Position numbers and translations under genes: made by a program | In this document: positions 48,220-61,939 of the stretch, piece after piece | How the letters are laid out: each line of letters opens with the position of its first letter | Numbering within the stretch: the stretch's first letter is position 1 | Source: Strigamia acuminata | Lineage: Eukaryota | DNA length: 64,000 bases | Reading direction: 5' to 3' | Assembly: GCA_949358305.1 (NCBI GenBank) | Contig: OX442314.1 | Span: forward strand, 4,898,001-4,962,000 | The notes under the pieces: model-generated | Seen by the model: the letters and a program-made list of their open reading frames with translations, nothing else | Told to the model about the DNA's origin: nothing | Database searches by the model: none

Positions 48220-48790
48220 AAAATAATTTTTTGTGTTAAAAATTAATCTTTTGTGATTAAAAATAAATTTTTTGTGTTAAAAATGAATTTTGTGTGCTTA
48301 AAAATGAATTTTTTGTGTTAAAAATGAATTTTTTGTGTTAAAAATGAATTTTTTGTGCTTAAAAATAAATTTTTTGGTTTAAAAATGAATTTTTTAGTCT
48401 AAAAATAAATTTTTTAGTCTAAAAATGAATTTTTTAGTCTAAAAATAAATTTTTTAGTCTAAAAATGAATTTTTTAGTCTAAAAATGAATTTTTATGCCT
48501 AGAAATGAATTTTTTTTGGTTTAAAAATGAATTTTTTGGTTTAAAAATGAATTTTTTGGTTTAGAAATGAATTTTTTGGTTTAAAAATGAATTTTTTGGT
48601 TTAAAAATGAATTTTTTGGTTTAAAAATGAATTTTTTGGTTTAAAAATGAATTTTTTGGTTTAGAAATGAATTTTTTGGTTTAAAAATGAATTTTTTGGT
48701 TTAAAAATGAATTTTTTGGTTTAAAAATGAATTTTTTGGTTTAAAAATGAATTTTTTGGTCTAAAAATGAATTTTTTTAAATAAAAAGGA
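48220..48790. repeat. 20-bp intronic minisatellite (TTAAAAATGAATTTTTTGGT)
   Basis: Tandem units visible. Confidence 0.93.
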
Positions 48791-49663
48791 ATTTTGGTGC
48801 TAATAATAATTTTTTTTGCTACATAAAAAAGAATTTTTGGTCTAAATGATGAAATTTTATCATTGCACTAGATACTATGACACTTTTACTCATAAAAATG
48901 GATCTTCTTATACCTAAAAAATTCATTTTTAAGCAACAAATTTGGCCTTGTAAACTCTAGAATTCATTTTGTTAAATTTGCCCTTTGTAGGGATTGTTGA
49001 GTTGTTTTAGAGTGTCTTTGTTAAAACAAAGAAAACTCTTAACAATTGAGACATTTTTTAAACACAATTTGTTTTTGAATCAATTGCATGCTCCTCCCTA
49101 TTGTCGAGTTTATCAACAGTTATTTAAATTGCCAAGTGTACTTGTGCATTGTATCCAAATTATAACTATTTCCCCCTGGTGTTAGAAACAATACCAAAGA
49201 CGACATCACGTGTTTAGTTATTAAAATAATCAGTTGCAACGACGATTTGTCGTTCTGTATTTAAAGCAGCGCCAAAAATGATTCAACGATAAGTTTTAAT
49301 ACTTTTTGTTCCATTGGTTAAATCAAATTTGCTCGGCAACCAAAACAGATCGACAGCCATTTTGTTTTTCCAAATTTTACTTTTCCGGGAAACTGCGTGC
49401 ATAACTGTCCGCCATTTTTTCTAAACAATGTCGTCCTGTTCAAACGTGATGCAGGCGTCCTCTGTTGTTGCAACACTATAACTTTCTGCGAACAAACGGC
49501 GTTAATCCACATTGTAGAGATTTCTGTTACATTTGAACAATCCGCCATTTGTCCGCAGAATGACTTTATATTGTTGCATTTTGGCTCCACCTGTCGCCAC
49601 AATAATCATTTTTTGAACAATTAACCGCCAACTGAAACAATGTTTTCTCGCTTTCCAACAAAG

Positions 49664-50701
49664 GTGATCCACATGTTGCTGTTGAGTCGCCTGGAACTGC
49701 GACAAAGCGGGCTGAGACGCGTCGACGAGGATGGCGTCACCGCCCCGGGAGGTGCGTCCCTATCATCCGCATCGCTGCACGAATCGTGGGTCCGCGACTT
49801 GGAGGCCATGGACGCCGCCGTCGGAGCGTCCAGCGTGCTCGATCCGAGCGGGGAGTTCAAAGTGGTCAACTTTTTAGCGCACGCCGACGCCCGTGCCTCG
49901 CGCCAGGACGTGACGCTGGTCAGCCAGTGCTCGCACGACCGTCTTTGGCAGGTGGCGCTCCTGGTGCGCCGTTGGCGGGGCCCCCTGGCCGTCGCGGTCT
50001 TCGCCACCGGGGACCAGTTGTGGACAGCGGTCAAGACAGTGGCCACGTTGAGACAGTGCGTTCCAGGAGTGCGTTTCAACGTGTCCTTCCATCTCGTGCA
50101 CCCCGTGGGACAGGCGGGCCTCAAGGGGGCCGCGGTCACCGTCAGGGACGCTGTGGGGTCTGACAAATGCGACTGCGCGTCCCTGGCCGACGAGCAGCAG
50201 AGGACTCGCACGAATTACGCGTGGGGGGACAAGGTTGTGTACCCCAACAACCTGCTGCGCAATGTGGGACGCCGCAACGCTGCCACCGAGTTTGTGTTTG
50301 TGGTGGACGTGGACATGGTGCCCAACGTGGAGTTGCATGACGAGTTTTTGCAGTTTGCGCGCGCGCAGCGTCTGTTTGACGTGAACCGACGCGACGACAA
50401 GACCATTTACGTTGTGCCGGCGTTCGAGGCCCGCGAGGGAACGCCTGTGCCGCGAGATAAGACGGACCTGCTCCAACTGCTCGCTCGAGTGCACGTTCGA
50501 CCGTTCTATTTCAAACTGTGCTGGAAATGCCAGGGCCACACGGACTACGTGGCGTGGCAGCGCGAGCCGCAAGCGCCGCAGCTCGCCGTTTTGTTTGAAG
50601 TGCTGTGGAAGGATCCGTGGGAGCCGTTTTACATCGCTCGCAACAATGTACCTTTATACGACGAGCGATTCAAGCAATATGGATTCAACAGGATCAGTCA
50701 G
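49664..50701 (+). CDS. B4GAT1: B4GAT1-like (GT49 beta-1,4-glucuronyltransferase), coding exon 2
   Basis: Acceptor ttttctcgctttccaacaaag|GTG and donor CAG|GTAAAT. Motifs DVTLVSQCS, RWRGPLAVAVF, YPNNLLRN, DVD (DxD), VVPAFE, PWEPFY and YDERFKQYGFNRISQ are typical of B4GAT1 and the LARGE GT49 domain. Confidence 0.93.
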
Positions 50702-51689
50702 GTAAATATTGATAGATGAAAGAATACAATGTGTTTGGGGTTTTAGCGTTTGTCTTGCGTTTTTGTGTTTTTTTTTACTTTTTTTTGCGTTTTTGCATTT
50801 TTGGCGTTTTTTGTGTTTTTGCGTTTTTTTGCGTTTTTGTTACGTTTTTTTTCGTTTTTGTTACTTTTTTTTGCGTTTTTGTTACGTTTTTTTGCGTTTT
50901 TGTTACATTTTTGCGTTTTTGTTACGTTTTTTGCGTTTTTGTTATGTTTTTTTTTGCGTTTTTACGTTTTTTTAACATTTATTTGCGTTTTTATGTTCTT
51001 TTGCTTTTTTTGCTTTTTGTATTTTTTGCGTTAACTTGCACTTAATTTGCGTTTTTACAGTTTCTTGCATTTATTTTGCGTTTATTTGCGTTTATTTTGC
51101 GTTTCTTTGTATTTATGTTGGGTTTTAGAAATTTTTAGTGGTTTTGTGTTTTCTTTGCATTTCTTTTGCGTTTGTTTGTTGCACCAATGCGGCATTCAAC
51201 TTTAAACTTCATTTAGCTGAAATTGGCTTGGGACATTGACTTGTCTGCAGTCATGTAATCATTTTAATGTTCGGATAATCAATTTTACAAAACAACGTTG
51301 ATCTCGACTGCGCTTTTTGCGCAACTAGTGTCAGTTATGTGCTGTTGCGTGTCAACTTGACACGAGTAAACAAGAAAATACCAAACTTGATGCAATTTAT
51401 TGCGTGTTTTTAGCATTCAATAATAACTCTGAGGTTATTTTTAAAACAAAAAAAAATATTTTTATATGTCTCTTCAGACCATTGTTCCTCATTAAGTCGG
51501 GGTCTAATTAAGGGGGGACTAATTACCCAGGTTAGGCCTTCTGATTCTAAAGGGTCCCCTGGTACACATTACAAAATGTTTTTGTATAAAAATGCATGTC
51601 TGTGTTAATAAATGCATTTTTGCACAAGAAAATGCTTTTTTTTACATGAAATGTCTTTTTTTTACATGGAATGAATTTTTCCACAAGAA

Positions 51690-52130
51690 ATGCATTATTT
51701 CACTAGAAATGCATTATTTCACCAGAAATGCATTATTTCACCAGAAATGCATTATTTCACCAGAAAAGCATTATTTCATCGGAAATACATTATTTCACTG
51801 GAAATGCATTATTCCACCGGAAATGCATTATTTCACCAGAAAAGCATTATTTCATCGGAAATACATTATTTCATCGGAATATTCGGAAATGCATGTTTTC
51901 CTCGGAAAATGCTTTTTTTCATCGGAAAATGCATTTTTTCCATCGGAATATGCATTTTGCTAAGAGAAATCCATTTATTTCTACATAAAATGCATTTTTC
52001 TACATAAAATACATTTTTCTACATGAAATGCATTTTTCTACATGAAATCCATTTTTCTACATGAAATCCATTTTTCTACATGAAATCCATTTTTTTTACA
52101 TGAAATGCATATTTCTACCTGAAATGCATT
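51690..52130. repeat. 19-bp intronic minisatellites (CAGAAATGCATTATTTCAC and variants)
   Basis: Tandem units visible. Confidence 0.88.
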
Positions 52131-53198
52131 TTTTTATACTAAAGACATTATTTCACTGAAAAATGCATTGTTTAGCGTGAAAATGCAATTTTATCAGCTC
52201 AAAATGAATTTATACCTTATAACAATGCAATTTTCCACATGCAAACACTGAAGACGTCATTTCTAAATATTCTGGTCTGGGGTCCCTTCCCACAGCCCTT
52301 TTTAGGGGCCCTAATTGAAAAAAAAATTTATAAAACTTTTTCTCGAGCAAAAATATTTTCGAGGACTGCGAGAGCCTTTACCCGCCCCTGCATACAGTGC
52401 ATCTTTAATTCAAACGCCAAAATTAAACAAACAAAACAAAACATCGACGTGCACTTACCAAAACACATTTTTCTTTTTTCCATAATTTATTTTACCCCTT
52501 TTCCCCCTCAATTTCCCTTCCCATTCACCATAATTGTTATTTCTTGATTGATTGCACTCTTACGCTGCGCGCGTTTTGTTTAACTCGGCTTTTTAAGATG
52601 GATGGGGCTTCGAACCGGCAACGCACATGGCCAACGCTGTGTTACAAGTTGCCTCCGATTTCCGAATTGCATTACAAACTGACACGAAACAAAACGAATC
52701 GATTACGGAAGCCCATATTTCTCAACAATATTGATGACATTTTTTAAACCCCTCCTTGAAAAACAAATGTAATTAATAAATAAATAGAAACGCGCATGCG
52801 CGGTTTATTCAAATTAATTGTCCACCAAAAGTTATTGTTATGATTTTTTTTGAAAAATTGTCACCAGAGGGCGATATTTTAATTAATTCCACTGCGACCG
52901 CTGTGTATTTCTAATTTAACTTGACTGCATCTCTTCTCACTAATTAACTGAAATCTCAAGATGGCCATTGGGTGTTTGGTGACCACTCTAGGAGCCACTG
53001 ACCACCAATCTAGGATCTTTGAGGGGTGCTAGGAAACATAACAATAATACAAACTTTAATAATAACATAATAATATGCAAAAAGAATTATTTTGTTAACA
53101 CCTAGACCAAGCGTCTAAAATTATTTTCCAGTCTAGTTCTGAAAGCATAACCGTACTGGAATCGGTAAAGCTATCAAAATGGCTGACTAGATGCCAAG

Positions 53199-53775
53199 CG
53201 AGGGGGTAGCGAATGCTGGAAATCTTGTACAGGCAAAGATTTTGGATTTCAAAATCCTTGAAATCTCATGAAATCCTGGAAATCTTTGGAATCTCATGAA
53301 ATTCTGGAAATCCTAGAAATCTTATAAATTGATGCAAATTCTAGCAAAATATTGAAAGCAATCCTTGTGAAATCCTTAGAAATCCTTGTTAAATCCTTAG
53401 AAATCTTTGTGAAATCTTTAGAAATCCTTGTGAAATCCTTAGAAATCCTTGTAAAATCCTTAGAAATCCTTGTAAAATCTTGAAATCCTGAAATCCTTAG
53501 CAAATCCTTGAAATCCTTAGCAAATCCCTGAAATCTTTCAAATTTCATAAAATCCTAGAAATCCTGGGAATACTGGAAATCCTGAAAATCTTGGAAATCT
53601 TATAAATTGTCTTGCAAATTGTTGCCAATTCTAGCAAAATCGGGGTAGCCAATGCTGGAAATCTCGCACGGGCAAAGATTTTGGATTTCAAAATCCTTGA
53701 AATCTCATAAAATCTTCAAGAATTTTAAGGATTTCCAAATCTCGTACGCTATTTTTGCGATTGGCTACCCCCTCG
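53199..53775. mobile_element. Non-autonomous TIR element with 8-bp TSD (hAT/P-like) and an internal GAAATCC minisatellite
   Basis: ATGCCAAG|CGAGGGGGTAGCGAAT ... ATTGGCTACCCCCTCG|ATGCCAAG. The left-end sequence is repeated internally at about 53642. Confidence 0.85.
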
Positions 53776-54403
53776 ATGCCAAGTGTGGCGATTTAAAAAA
53801 GGAACAAGATTTAGTTCATAATAATATTTTTTATTTGGTTTTTATTTAATATTTTTTAATCTTCAACGCAATCGCACGAACCACGTTTGCAATAACCGCT
53901 AAGGCCTCGACCAAAACCGTCACAATAAATAGCGCATTCATCGGCATCACATTCCGCATTAGTTGTCATTGCTAAGGTTTAAACAACGTCAATGGTCAAT
54001 ATAAATGAATGAATTATTTTTGGGCAAAATATAACTTACCCAAGCAGGACAGAATAACAAAGAAGACGATAATTTGATATTTCATTTTCAACTGATGCTC
54101 TTGCAGATTTAATCTAGATTTAATTAGCAAGTGTGAATGGTGTTTAATTAATTCCATTCAATTCATTCATGAGTCAGTAAATTTTAATATTTTAATTAAT
54201 TAAAATGAATTTATTGTTGAATAAATATTTATCAGCGGTATTGACACACTGTTTAAAATAGAAAAATATATACATTTTTAAATTAAATATTTTAATCATT
54301 AGTTTTGGGCAGTTTTGTTTAATTAACGTTTCTTGTGTAGTTTTTTCCACTCTTTCTTGCGTTGCGTTGGTTTTTAAACTAGATAATTTTGGGCTAGATG
54401 CGT

Positions 54404-55259
54404 CGAGAGGGTAGCCACTCGGTGTCGCAAAAATCGTGTACAGCATTTTGAAATCCTTGAAGATTTCATGAGATTTCAAAGGTTTTGAAATCCAAAATCT
54501 TTGCCTGTGCGACATTTCCAGCTTGATTTTGCTAGAATTTGCGACAATTTGCAAGAAAATTTATAAGATTTCCAGGATTTCTAGGATTTCCAGGAGTTCA
54601 TGGATTTCATGAGATTTTTTGTATTTTATGAGATTTCAAAGATTTCCAGGATTTCCAGGAGTTCATGGATTTCATGAGATTTTATGGATTTTATGAGATT
54701 TCAAAGATTTCCAGGATATCCAGGAGTTCATGGATTTCATGAGATTTTATGGATTTTATGAGATTTCAAAGATTTCCAGGATTTCATGAGATTTCAAAGA
54801 TTTCCAGGATTTCATGAGATTTCCAGGATTTCATGAGGTTTTCAGGATTTTGAAGACTTGGGAGATTTACTAAGGATTTAAGGATTTCACAAGGATTTCT
54901 CAGAATTTCATGTGGGTTTCTTAAAATATTTTGCTAGAATTTGCGACAATTTGCAAGAAAATTTATAAGATTTCCAGGATTTCTAGGATTTCCAGGAGTT
55001 CATGGATTTCATGAGATTTTTTGTATTTCATGAGATTTTTTGTATTTCATGAGATTTCAAAGATTTCCAGGATTTCCAGGAGTTCATGGATTTCATGAGA
55101 TTTTATGGATTTTATGAGATTTCAAAGATTTCCAGGATTTCATGAGATTTCCAGGATTTCATGAGGTTTTCAGGATTTTATGAGATTTCCAGGATTTCAT
55201 GAGATTTCAAGGATTTTGAAATCCAAAATCTTTGCCTGTACGAGATTTCCAGCATTGGC
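54404..55259. mobile_element. Second, inverted copy of the 53199-53775 family, one end truncated
   Basis: Starts CGAGAGGGTAGCC. Contains the reverse complement of GCTGGAAATC...GGCAAAGATTTTGGATTTCAAAA twice and an expanded GGATTTC array. Confidence 0.75.
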
Positions 55260-56119
55260 GTTCGCACCAAGAACCAGAACTAGATTTAAACTTTGGGCTA
55301 GCCCAAACAAGGTATAAGGAATCATTGCGGATCGGCGCGACGCCCACCAAAGTGCTTAAAATTAATGAAACCCAAGCGAACTTTGTTGTACGTCTTTGTG
55401 ACTTGTCACGTTTCCAAATTAAAGTCACACAGTAAGTTAGTTGGTTCATTAAATTATAGCACTCGACTCGGTGTCCCAAAATGGCGTCTGCCGCAGTCCA
55501 TCTGCTCGTGATTGAGTGGCGGTGCGTCTTAGCGTTTGTGACGTTATCTAGGAGACATTTATCTGACATTGGTCATTCCCTGGTGACACGAGACGATGCA
55601 GGGCGTCCGTAATTAACTGTTTGCTTGACCACACCCCTTGTTATCGGCCGTCTATTACACTTGTCAATCTGGTGTTGCGAGAGGGGAAAAAGAAACAAAT
55701 CAGTGATCGATGCCCTTAGTTGCTGAGTTTTGCACTGGGAGGCGTGTTGATTACTTGGCCTCCGCCACTTCCGGTGTACGTGTCGTCGACCTTTGAAGGA
55801 GTGGTTAGGAAGAGGGGGGAAAGGCCAAAAGTGGACAAACGCACTTGTGCGTCCTGTTGTATGGGCGGTATCGATTGGACATAAAGTAGGTTAAAGAAAT
55901 GGATTTTTTTTTTATCTTTTTTTTCTGTTTTGCTTCTTTTGTGGATTGAAGATTAATTGTTTTGTGTTATTGGGGGATGGAATTGGGATTTTAAAGGTTG
56001 GATTTAGTTGATTTTGGGTGGAAAATGTGTGTGGAAAATGATAATTTTACTCGATTTTGTAAATCAAACGGATGAATATGTCATTTTTAGTTGATTTTAG
56101 GTGATAAAAAGGGCATTTA

Positions 56120-57020
56120 CTCGATTTTACATGTAAAATGACCATTTTACATAATTTTAGGTGTTAAAATGACCCATTTTACATAATTTTATGTGTCAAA
56201 ATAACCATTTTACATGATTTTACTTGTAAAATGACCATTTTACATGATTTTACTTGTACAAAACAGCATTTGACATAATTTTACTTGTAAAATGACCATC
56301 TTACATGATTTTACTTATACAAAACAACATTTTACATAATTTTACTTGTACAAAACAGCATTTTACATGATTTTACTTGTACAAAACAGCATTTTACATA
56401 ATTGTACTTGTAAAATGACCATTTTACATGATTTTACTTGTCCAAAACAGCATTTTACATCATTTTACTTGTACAAAACAGTCTTTAACATCATTTTACT
56501 TGTACAAAACAGCATTTTACATAATTTTACTTACACTAAACAGCATTTTACATGATTTTACTTGTACAAAACAGCATTTTACATGATTTTACTTGTACAA
56601 AACAGCATTTTACATGATTTTACTTGTACAAAACAGCATTTTACATGATTTTACTTGTACAAAACAGCATTTTACATAATTGTACTTGTAAAATGACCAT
56701 CTTACATGATTTTACTTATACAAAACAACATTTTACATAATTTTACTTGTACAAAACAGCATTTTACATGATTTTACTTGTACAAAACAGCATTTTACAT
56801 AATTGTACTTGTAAAATGACCATTTTACATGATTTTACTTGTCCAAAACAGCATTTTACATCATTTTACTTGTACAAAACAGTCTTTAACATCATTTTAC
56901 TTGTACAAAACAGCATTTTACATAATTTTACTTACACTAAACAGCATTTTACATCATTTTACTTGTACAAAACAGCATTTTACATGATTTTACTTGTACA
57001 AAACAGCATTTTATACGATT
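56120..57020. repeat. 31-bp intronic minisatellite (TTTTACATGATTTTACTTGTACAAAACAGCA) with a higher-order ~400-bp duplication
   Basis: Tandem units. Track ORFs at 56346 and 56747 begin with identical translations, 401 bp apart. Confidence 0.93.
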
Positions 57021-57827
57021 TTAAAACAAAACAAAATCCCAATTTCTTTCTCATTTAACCCATCTGCCTTCCAAGGTGCAAACTAGGACGTCCTAGGTGC
57101 AAAAGCATTCCTATTTGGGTGCAACTGTCTTCTTGAATGGGAAAACTTTAGTTTGGTTTCCTATGTTTTGCCGAAATTTTCTGAATTTGTGCGAACAATC
57201 ATAAATTTTGTTCCCTAAAAAATTTGCAGTGTTTTGTGCATTATTCATTCATTTATTCAACATTGAAATTTCTACCCCTTAGAAATCCCAGCATAACTTT
57301 AAGTTGGCTTCTCCCAATTTAACCAAACCGCTTCTACTTAGCACTTTCCTAAGTGATTCCAGGTTTGACCAGCAGACGGCGTGTTGCATATATGGTCACA
57401 CGTGATTCATCAAACGTTACCACAACACCAGCGCCACGTGTAACAATTTAAAAAAAAAGATACACTAAAGCGCTTTTGCGTCGGTCCTTCTGGATTTAAT
57501 TTTTGTGCATAAACAAACATTGCCCCCCCCCCCCCCCCCCCGAGGGTCCATTTTATTTATTTTTTGATATAAATGTAATTTAAAATTTAAAAATCCCCAA
57601 ATAAAATGTACTGAGACTTCAATTAAACCCTCCAGTACACAGCCACACTGCATTCTGGGATGACAACAAGTAACAAACATGCTTACAAGGAGACCGCAGG
57701 AGTATTGTTATTATCTAAACAGTCAATACTTTCTTAATTTAAATGCACCTCTCGCTCACATTGTTACAAACAGTTACAACACACAGATTTTTTTACTGCG
57801 TGTTGCAGTGTTGTATCGAACGCGACC

Positions 57828-58224
57828 GCGTACGAGATTTTGAAATCCTTGAAGATTTCATGAGATTTCAAGGATTTTGAAAATCAAAATCTTTGCCTGT
57901 GCGAGATTTCCAGCTCGATTTTGCTAGAATTTACACCAATTTGCAAGACAATTTATAAGATTTCCAGGATTTCATGAGATTTGAAAGATTTCGGAGATTT
58001 CAGGGATTTGCTAAGGATTTCAGGATTTCACAAGATTTCACAAGGGTTTCTCAGAATTTCATGTGGGTTTCTTAAAATATTTTGCGACAATTTGCAAGAA
58101 AATTTCAAAGATTTCCAGGATTTCATGAGATTTCAGAGATTTTCCAGGATTTCATGAGATTTCAAGCATTTTAAAATCCAAAATCTTTGCCTGTACGAGA
58201 TTTCCAGCATTGGCTACCCCCTCG
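57828..58224. mobile_element. Third, inverted copy of the same family, nested in another palindromic element
   Basis: Ends CAGCATTGGCTACCCCCTCG. Flanked by unrelated inverted repeats at 57701-57806 and 58231-58330. Confidence 0.75.
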
Positions 58225-58997
58225 GTTAAAGCACACAATAAAAAATTCTGTGTTGTAACTGTTTGCAACAATGTGACAGAGGTGTAATTTAAATAAAGAA
58301 AGTATTGACTGTTCAGATAATAACAATACTTCATTTTTTAATAAAAAATTAAACAATCGTGGATTACACACTCCCGCGGTCTCCTCGTTAGTCGACAAGC
58401 AACGCACGACACGTGATCTCTATCATCCAATCAGCGCACGGAACAATGAATCAAAATAATACACCCACACGTGTCCATCTTATCCAAAACAAGTTCCAAA
58501 AACCACCACAACCCTAAAACGGCGCTTTCTCCCACCACCTCCCCCAGGGACGCCGAGTGGGTGTCGCGAGAGCAAACTCGTTAATTGGCGCGTGCAATTA
58601 GCTCCGCCATGCGCCCACCTGCTCATTACGCGACACCCGCGTAACGGCCTTAAGAAATTGTATCGATAATTAACGCGCATGCGCATTGTTTTCACGCCGC
58701 CTTTAATAAAATTTCCCAAAAAAAAAAAAAAAAACGTTTTATGTCTCAAAACTTTATAAACGCAAAAGAAGTCGATGCAAATGAGCGGGGGGGGGGCGAC
58801 CGGGGGGGTGTGGAATTCAATTAAGAGGGCGTCGCTGCACAGGTGGCGCCACCTAAGACGAACACGAGATGGGGCGGGTGGCGGGGGGGCGAGTTTGCAA
58901 AGCACGGCGTTCATCTCGTTGATTAGTTTACGCGGAATTGTTGGCGCGCCATTTTGGTGACGTCATTGTTGATTTAAACGATTGTTTGTGTGCGCAG

Positions 58998-59192
58998 GTA
59001 TGCGAGCTGCACATCGCCGGCTACAAATTCTCCGTTTTGAACAACGCGTTTTTGGTGCATTGTGGGCTGAAGACGAGCGATTCGTTTCACGCACGGAAGG
59101 ACGAGGACCAGGAACGGAATCGACTGCTCTTCCGTCAGTTTAAGACTGAACTTAAGGACAAGTACCCGGATTCGTCCAGAAGATGTTACTGA
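58998..59192 (+). CDS. B4GAT1: B4GAT1-like, last coding exon (total protein 430 aa)
   Basis: Acceptor ttgtttgtgtgcgcag|GTA in phase 0. VCELHIAGYKFSVLNNAFLVH...KYPDSSRRCY* continues the RISQ-xCELH motif of B4GAT1. Confidence 0.93.
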   Translation, partial: VCELHIAGYKFSVLNNAFLVHCGLKTSDSFHARKDEDQERNRLLFRQFKTELKDKYPDSSRRCY

Positions 59193-59439
59193 TGACGTGA
59201 TGAGTTTGTATTTTGGTTTTTTTGTTTTTTTTGTTTTGTTTTTGTTTTGTTTTTTTTTTTGTGTTTTTGTGTGTATGGAGATGATTTGTTTGTTTTTTGG
59301 TTTTGATTGCGATTAAAATGGATTTAGATAATTGGTGTTTGTTTTTTGGGGGATGTTTGGGTGGGAAGTGGGTGGAAGTTGGACGATTTTTGGGAGAATT
59401 TGTGTGAGGATCGGGAAAGTTTATGGAAATTCGGCAAAA

Positions 59440-59900
59440 TTCGAAAAAATTGATTAAAATTTGAGAAATTGATCAAAATTCGACAAAATTTATCAAAATT
59501 CGACAAAATTAATCAAAATTCGACAAAATTGATCAAAATTCGACAAAATTTATCAAAATTCGACAATATTGTTCAAAATTCGACAAAACTTATTACAATT
59601 TGACAATATTGATCAAAATTCGACGAAATTTATCAAATTCGGTAAACATTTTGTGATACTTTTGTCAAAAGTTCGACAAAATTGATGAAAATTCGTCTGT
59701 TTGACGAAATTGATGAAAAATCGATAACGTTTATCAAAATTGATCAAAATTCATCACAATTCTTGAAATTTTGATTAAAAGTCATGAAAAGTTCATGACA
59801 TTTATCAAAATTCGACACAATTTATCAATTTTTATCTAAATTCGGTCAAAATCATGAAAAAATCGATAAATTTTATCAAATTTCGACTAATTGCATCGAA
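59440..59900. repeat. 20-bp minisatellite (CAAAATTCGACAAAATTGAT)
   Basis: Tandem units visible. Confidence 0.85.
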
Positions 59901-60269
59901 TTTAATCAAACTCGACCAAGTTAAAGAAAATTAATTTAAAAGTAAGCAAACGTCATCTAAAACTGACCGAATTCATCAAAAATTGATTTCTGAACGGCTT
60001 CCACAAATTCAACAAGAAAATCCATCAAAACTGAACCCGTAAACCATATAAACACACTGGTGGGAATACGGATAAGGAAACAGATTTTGTTGCTATTTTA
60101 TAACATTGTGCAACACATGGGAAAGTAAAAAAGAAATCACTATGTCATAAACGGACGATCCCAAACTGAGTTTTTCTGCAATTTACTCGCAACTTTTAGC
60201 GTAATTAAAACAATGCACTTCCACTTTCTGCAAATCAATAAAAAAAACTGTAAAACTAATTGATGCAAA

Positions 60270-61180
60270 CATTACGAAACATTACGTAACGTCATTTTTA
60301 CGGGAAAATTACGCAATCAATTACGCAACGTAATTCTAACGTAAAAATTACGCAACATTACTTAACCTTCCCATAGCCATGGTAGGTCAAAAAAATTACA
60401 GAAGTGCAAAAATCACTGTAATTCTTTTTTTCCTGAAAATTAATTAATGAGGTTAACTTTTATTCCTCAAAAACATTTTTTTCTTATTTTATAATGTCTA
60501 AATACAAATAGTTTTTCAATAATTAATAAGATAATTTAATATTTATAATATAAAACACCCTTAATGGGAGCGCCGTACACCACTTTGCCATCTGTTTGCA
60601 CTAGGTGGCGTATTAAAATTAGTCCTAAAACATGTGCTTTTACCAGGAAAAATGCGATTGCACCAGGAAAAATGTGATTGTGCACATGTGCAGAAGGATT
60701 TTTAAAAGAAGGCAGAAATGACCGACCTTAGCTAGCAATGGTGGAAACTAGGCTTGGCTATGGGAAGGTTAAACGTACAAATTATGCAACATTAGTTCGA
60801 CGTACAAATTATGCAACATTAGTTCGACGTACAAATTATGCAACATTAGTTCGACGTACAAATTATGCAACGTAATTTTTACGTACAAATTACGTAACGT
60901 AATTTTAACGTACAAATTACGTAACGTAATTTTAACGTACAAATTACGCAACATTACTTAAACGTACAAATTATGCAACATTAGTTCGACGTACAAATTA
61001 TGCAACATTAGTTCGACGTACAAATTATACAACGTAATTTTTACGTACAAATTACGTAACGTAATTTTAACGTACAAATTACGTAACGTAATTTTAACGT
61101 AAAAATAACGTAACGTTACTTTAACGTAGAAATTATGCAACGTAATTTTAACGTACAAATTACGCGACGTAATTTTAACG
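60270..61180. repeat. 27-bp minisatellite (ACGTACAAATTATGCAACATTAGTTCG and variants) interrupted by a MITE
   Basis: Tandem units on both sides of 60366-60768. Confidence 0.9.
60366..60768. mobile_element. piggyBac-like MITE (403 bp)
   Basis: TTAA|CCTTCCCATAGCCA ... TGGCTATGGGAAGG|TTAA. The empty-site sequence ACATTACTTAAACGTACAAA is present in a sister minisatellite unit at 60951-60970. Confidence 0.88.
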
Positions 61181-61939
61181 TAAAAAACAATATTTTTATT
61201 CAAACAAAGAAAGAATATTGTTTCAAAGTAAAAAAAAAGAATATTAAGCGCATAAAAAGGACGTGCACGGCGCATCAATGGCGTCGCTTATCGCTCTTCA
61301 AGCGGCGCTTTTTTCTCTAATCGGCATCTTGCTGCCGCGCCGTTGTGCCGGTCACGTGCGTCCTGGCTTAAATCAACACAACGATGACATTTCCTGCAAC
61401 GATGTCCACGAGCGGACTTCCAGCGACGGTCGGACGGACGAGAACGGACGATTGATGAGGATGACGTCATCATTCAATTTGCAGCATGGGAATTTGCAGC
61501 TCGCGATCGTTCGGGATTTCCATCGGCGTCGTAAAGGAATTTAATTGCTCGCCCGGGAAATGGGTGACTATAATTCTTTAGTCGAGACGCTGAGTTTGCG
61601 TTTTTAGTCGTTGCGTTTATTGCGCGCGCGCCAATCCCGGCCCACTCTCCCGCTTTCTTCGATAATACCAAATTCGCCGATAAAATTTGATAAAAACAAT
61701 AGGGAAGTTGAATGTTTCTATTGAAATAAGCAGAGAGTGGGAAAAAGTTGGTTTTTGGTTCAGTTGATTTGCATAGAGGTAATTGACTAATTGGATGGCG
61801 AAGCGCGTTGAGGGTTGTCCTGGAAATTCTGCCGTTGAAGTATCGATGTTTTCTGATGGGTATTGATGTTTTATTAAAGAGTGTGAGTGTTTGCTGATAA
61901 ATGTCGGGTGTTTTTTATGAATGTTGATAATTTTTATTG

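Noticed and set aside
49640..49663. ATG at 49640 as the start of the glycosyltransferase
   Set aside because: It lies in the acceptor tract. Splicing from 47766 supplies the complete type II membrane anchor.
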